A stretch of 63,548 nucleotides of DNA, filler included, from Perkinsus chesapeaki ATCC PRA-425 (Eukaryota > Protista > Perkinsozoa): assembly GCA_013115145.1 (NCBI GenBank). It is 10 parts of 10 records of this genome, joined end to end, with 100 filler letters (N's around TTAATTAATTAA, not from the genome) between each part and the next. Parts side by side here need not be neighbours in the genome. Positions count along the whole stretch, not along the records: positions 60,326 to 61,935 come from JAAPAO010001869.1; positions 62,036 to 63,548 come from JAAPAO010001921.1; 8 more parts are not named here. The stretch is one strand, 5' to 3'. The notes under the pieces were generated by a model. It ran no database searches. It was not told the DNA's origin and saw only the letters and a program-made list of their open reading frames with translations. Below, one piece after another: positions 60,700-63,548 of this stretch. Made by a program: the position numbers and the translations under genes. Position 1 is the first letter of the stretch, and the number at the start of each line of letters is the position of its first letter.

Positions 60700-61750
60700 T
60701 TTCAAGGATGATTCGATCTCATATCCTCTCACGCCTCCAGTTAAATGATCTGCGAGAAGCCTGTCGTGTCGATGGGACAACGTTCATCTGACGAACAATG
60801 TGACGTCGTCAATGTGCGCCAGCAAACTTTATTGCTTTTGGCGCTACGATATCCCAGGGTAAAGCAGCATGAAAAGGACTTCCTCTCACTGGAGTGTTTT
60901 CAGCGGTCGACTAGCAGAGGAGGCCACTGAGACGCATACAACTTGTGTGGTCTGGAGGCAATATTGTGTGCATCATGCAGCAATGCAGCATTGCACAGTG
61001 CATGCTCAGGCTGGTTGTAACCAGACTTGCCGGTAACTTCTCGATATGCTCGTCAACCGGTGTAGACTGAACAACTCGACAGCCGTTTTGACTGGCTCAG
61101 ATGGAGTGTTAATACAAACAGTACTAGTGGGTGGACTAGACTAAGGAAGGGGACAGCGTGCGCACAATGATGGTGCCACAAATTGCCAATTGTGAAACAA
61201 TTTGTTCTTCACTTTCTCTTGAACTATTTAGTGGTTGGAAAGGAATGACTCAACTTGTTATATCGGTATCGGTATGGTATCGGTATATATCGGTATTGTT
61301 ATCGACCCCTCTCATCATGGAATCTTTTGCTCTTCAAATGGGCTCAGTGATGATGATGTTGATAATGACTTGTCGAGATCACCTTTGCTAGCACGGGTTG
61401 GTACTACCAACTTGGTAGGATACCTGGTATCCGATACCAGACGACTACATTTCCATGAAGAAGATTCTTGATAATTATGATCCTGATAATGACCGCTGGT
61501 TCCATTTGAGTAGTGCGCCTGCTTACAAAATGCGGGTCCGCAGGCTACTTCCTTCGGAACAACGGATACACCAGAACAGGTCTATTATTCTGAACTGGAC
61601 CTTCATGGCGCGATGCACCGTATTGATGATATCAACTATTCAAGAGATTATTCTGGTAAACTCACTCAGCGTCTTTCCAGTCAAGAGAAAGACCTATTTT
61701 ATATAGATGGGCATCGGTACGGGGTGCGGCCAGTACGGAGTACGGGCCCG
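60700..61750 (+). pseudogene. Possible F-box-like gene, fragmented or multi-exon
   Basis: MIRSHILSRLQLNDLREACRV resembles an F-box core; downstream protein-like segments in changing frames. Confidence 0.2.
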
Positions 61751-61935
61751 TAGTTCGCAATACAGGATAGTGCGACCAGTACGAAGTACGGAGCGTGATG
61801 TTATTTAAGCCTTAAAATGTGCTTGAACCAAACACCAAATACCCAGAACCAACACAGCGTCCTCACTGGGAATCTTCCGTTGTGTTGAGAGTGTTGTTTG
61901 CGAATAGTGCATGCTGCACGCATGTGCAGTCTTTC

Positions 61936-62035
61936 NNNNNNNNNNNNNNNNNNNNNNNNNNNNNNNNNNNNNNNNNNNNTTAATTAATTAANNNNNNNNN
62001 NNNNNNNNNNNNNNNNNNNNNNNNNNNNNNNNNNN
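61936..62035. other. Artificial contig linker
   Basis: Same 100-nt cassette. Confidence 0.98.
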
Positions 62036-63548
62036 ACAAATATTCAAGTAACACGCTCCGGACGGTAATCCCCGAGTAAACTGGGTCAACTACGTTAACC
62101 TGTATTACCCGAGTCCTTCCTCCCGAGCGGTAGGGTGTCGAATACCTAAATTGGAACCCGCGACCCGCGAACCGTTCGCTGGTTGGCTGGGTTAAACCCA
62201 GTGGGTTTCCAATTTCGAGGTATATAGCGCTCAGCCAGTCTGGTAACTGACCGCCCGAAACTAGCCCACTGCATTGGATAGTTGAGGTGCTAGTTAGAGG
62301 CATCAGTAGCCTGATGGAGAGACGCTTCACCCAACGTTCGACATCCTAAATTTGACTCGGTAGTACTGAGTCTATACCCGTCTGGGTCTTAATATCAGGC
62401 TGCTATTATCAGCCCAAGAACATATCAGTAATTCTCCGCTCGACCAGCTGACCACTCGCAACTCAATACTAAATCAATGTGAATATCGCTAGTTCCACTA
62501 CTAACTAGTACTTAATAGGAGCACAATCACACACATGCAGCTCACGAAGTTATGACATGAATCAAAGAATCGAAGAATTGCTAATCATCCTCCTCATCTG
62601 ATCTCCTCATCATTACTTCCGCTAAACGTGCACGCTTAGGCGCTGATGCACCCCTAAGATATTCGTGAATAGCATCGGACGACCAACGCCCCTGTTCTCT
62701 CAACACGTGCTCGTCGACATCTTGACTATAGCCCAGTTGGACCCCCGTTCGACGAAGCGAGTGAAGACCAAAGTCTTCAAGTTTTGAAGACGGCACCCCA
62801 ATACAGCCCAGTGCGCTGCGGAACTCCAAGGCGAACTTATCATAGCTTAACCGATCGCCATCGCAGACGAATAACGGTAAACTGTCATCTCCACAATTGA
62901 GGTGACGTAGACGATGTAGTGCACAGTATGAGACACAATTTTTAGCTGACGGATCCCCCAAGGCGCAACCTATGAAAACTTTTTCCGTTTTTCCGCTTTG
63001 GTCCGTCTTTGACACGCGGACAATCAACTGTGCAACTACCCGATCGTAGATTGCAGGAAAAGTCAAGTCACCCACATTCAAGTTAACTATCTCATCTGGT
63101 CTCAAGAAGCCGTAAATTCCAACCAGGGCTGCTGTAACATACACGTTTCGCTCGTGCCTATCCAAGTTACCCAGTGCTATCACCTGAGTTCTAGACAACG
63201 GTTCTTTCTGTTCCAAGGAAAGGTCGCACACTTTTGCCGCAGCTTTTTTAGCTTGAGCTATTTGGTACTCGTCGAAATTAGTTAGAGTGTGACCATATGA
63301 AGTATTAGTCGTTTTTACCGCACTCACATAACTATTCACTGTAGAAAATTTATAGCCGGCTCGGCTCAAGCTCCATATGAAAAGAGCAATGGATAAGCCC
63401 GTAGCAGGAAAAGGGCGTACTACGAGACCCGTCACCCGCCGGTAAAATTCAGTTACCGAGTGATATTTTTCTTTCGTAGCCGAAGCGTGGCCATTCTGGA
63501 TGAACGTCGATATCTCCTTTGCAAGCCAAACTGTATCTTTCGACGCGA
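62036..63548 (-). mobile_element. YR-encoding element (DIRS-like retrotransposon or Crypton), 3' part
   Basis: YR ORF followed by a structured noncoding tail containing a repeat shared with another contig end; RT not visible in the window. Confidence 0.7.
62581..63548 (-). CDS. Tyrosine recombinase of DIRS/Ngaro type (5' truncated by window edge)
   Basis: Frame is open to the window end; SAM-like SATKEKY and TVNSYVSAV; GFLRPDE (R), VSKTDQ (K), HSLRR (HxxR), GRWSSDAIHEY (Y). Confidence 0.92.
   Translation of the reverse strand, partial: ASKDTVWLAKEISTFIQNGHASATKEKYHSVTEFYRRVTGLVVRPFPATGLSIALFIWSLSRAGYKFSTVNSYVSAVKTTNTSYGHTLTNFDEYQIAQAKKAAAKVCDLSLEQKEPLSRTQVIALGNLDRHERNVYVTAALVGIYGFLRPDEIVNLNVGDLTFPAIYDRVVAQLIVRVSKTDQSGKTEKVFIGCALGDPSAKNCVSYCALHRLRHLNCGDDSLPLFVCDGDRLSYDKFALEFRSALGCIGVPSSKLEDFGLHSLRRTGVQLGYSQDVDEHVLREQGRWSSDAIHEYLRGASAPKRARLAEVMMRRSDEEDD

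Noticed and set aside
61258-61295. ATCGGT repeats as transposon subterminal repeats
   Set aside because: Short simple-repeat cluster with no nearby TIR or transposase.
63363-63370. GGCTCAAG as a spliced-leader relic (also at 43951-43958)
   Set aside because: Only 8 nt, not preceded by the rest of the SL; the 63363 copy lies antisense inside the recombinase CDS.
1-63548. Operon-like links between features on different contigs
   Set aside because: Contig order is artificial.

Overview
The window is a pseudomolecule, not one locus. Ten draft-assembly contigs are joined by an identical 100-nt linker (44N-TTAATTAATTAA-44N): 1-8517, 8618-11261, 11362-19201, 19302-43056 (internal N gap at 25797-25895), 43157-44924, 45025-52258, 52359-55583, 55684-60225, 60326-61935 and 62036-63548. 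Adjacency across linkers has no biological meaning. The source is a eukaryotic alveolate, most likely a Perkinsus-like parasite (inference). Supporting signs are 40-60 nt spliceosomal introns, an alveolate K+-channel/adenylyl cyclase fusion, an apicomplexan-type HAD protein, a SufE with a plastid-like leader, and the 3' end of the perkinsid/dinoflagellate spliced leader at one contig start. Host genes: two tandem plant-type FAAH/amidase genes, and a ~22 kb very AT-rich island with two MBOATs, a HAD protein, an NTT/TLC nucleotide transporter, a GT8 glycosyltransferase, two head-to-head adenylyl cyclases, SufE and a papain-like protein. Mobile DNA: an LTR gag fragment, a foldback/MITE inside an intron, a Pif1 helicase-MULE transposase-SWIM fusion gene, an internally duplicated hAT, a MULE fragment, an Ulp1-like protease and a DIRS-type tyrosine recombinase. 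Best leads: (1) the single 3-exon, ~1452 aa Pif1-MULE-SWIM gene; (2) a secreted FAAH paralog with Cys in place of the catalytic Ser; (3) an SL-headed contig whose two ORFs are linked by an in-phase C-CCU-UUA -1 slippery site; (4) a bacterial-type NTT. All domain calls and splice models were made by eye; no searches were run.
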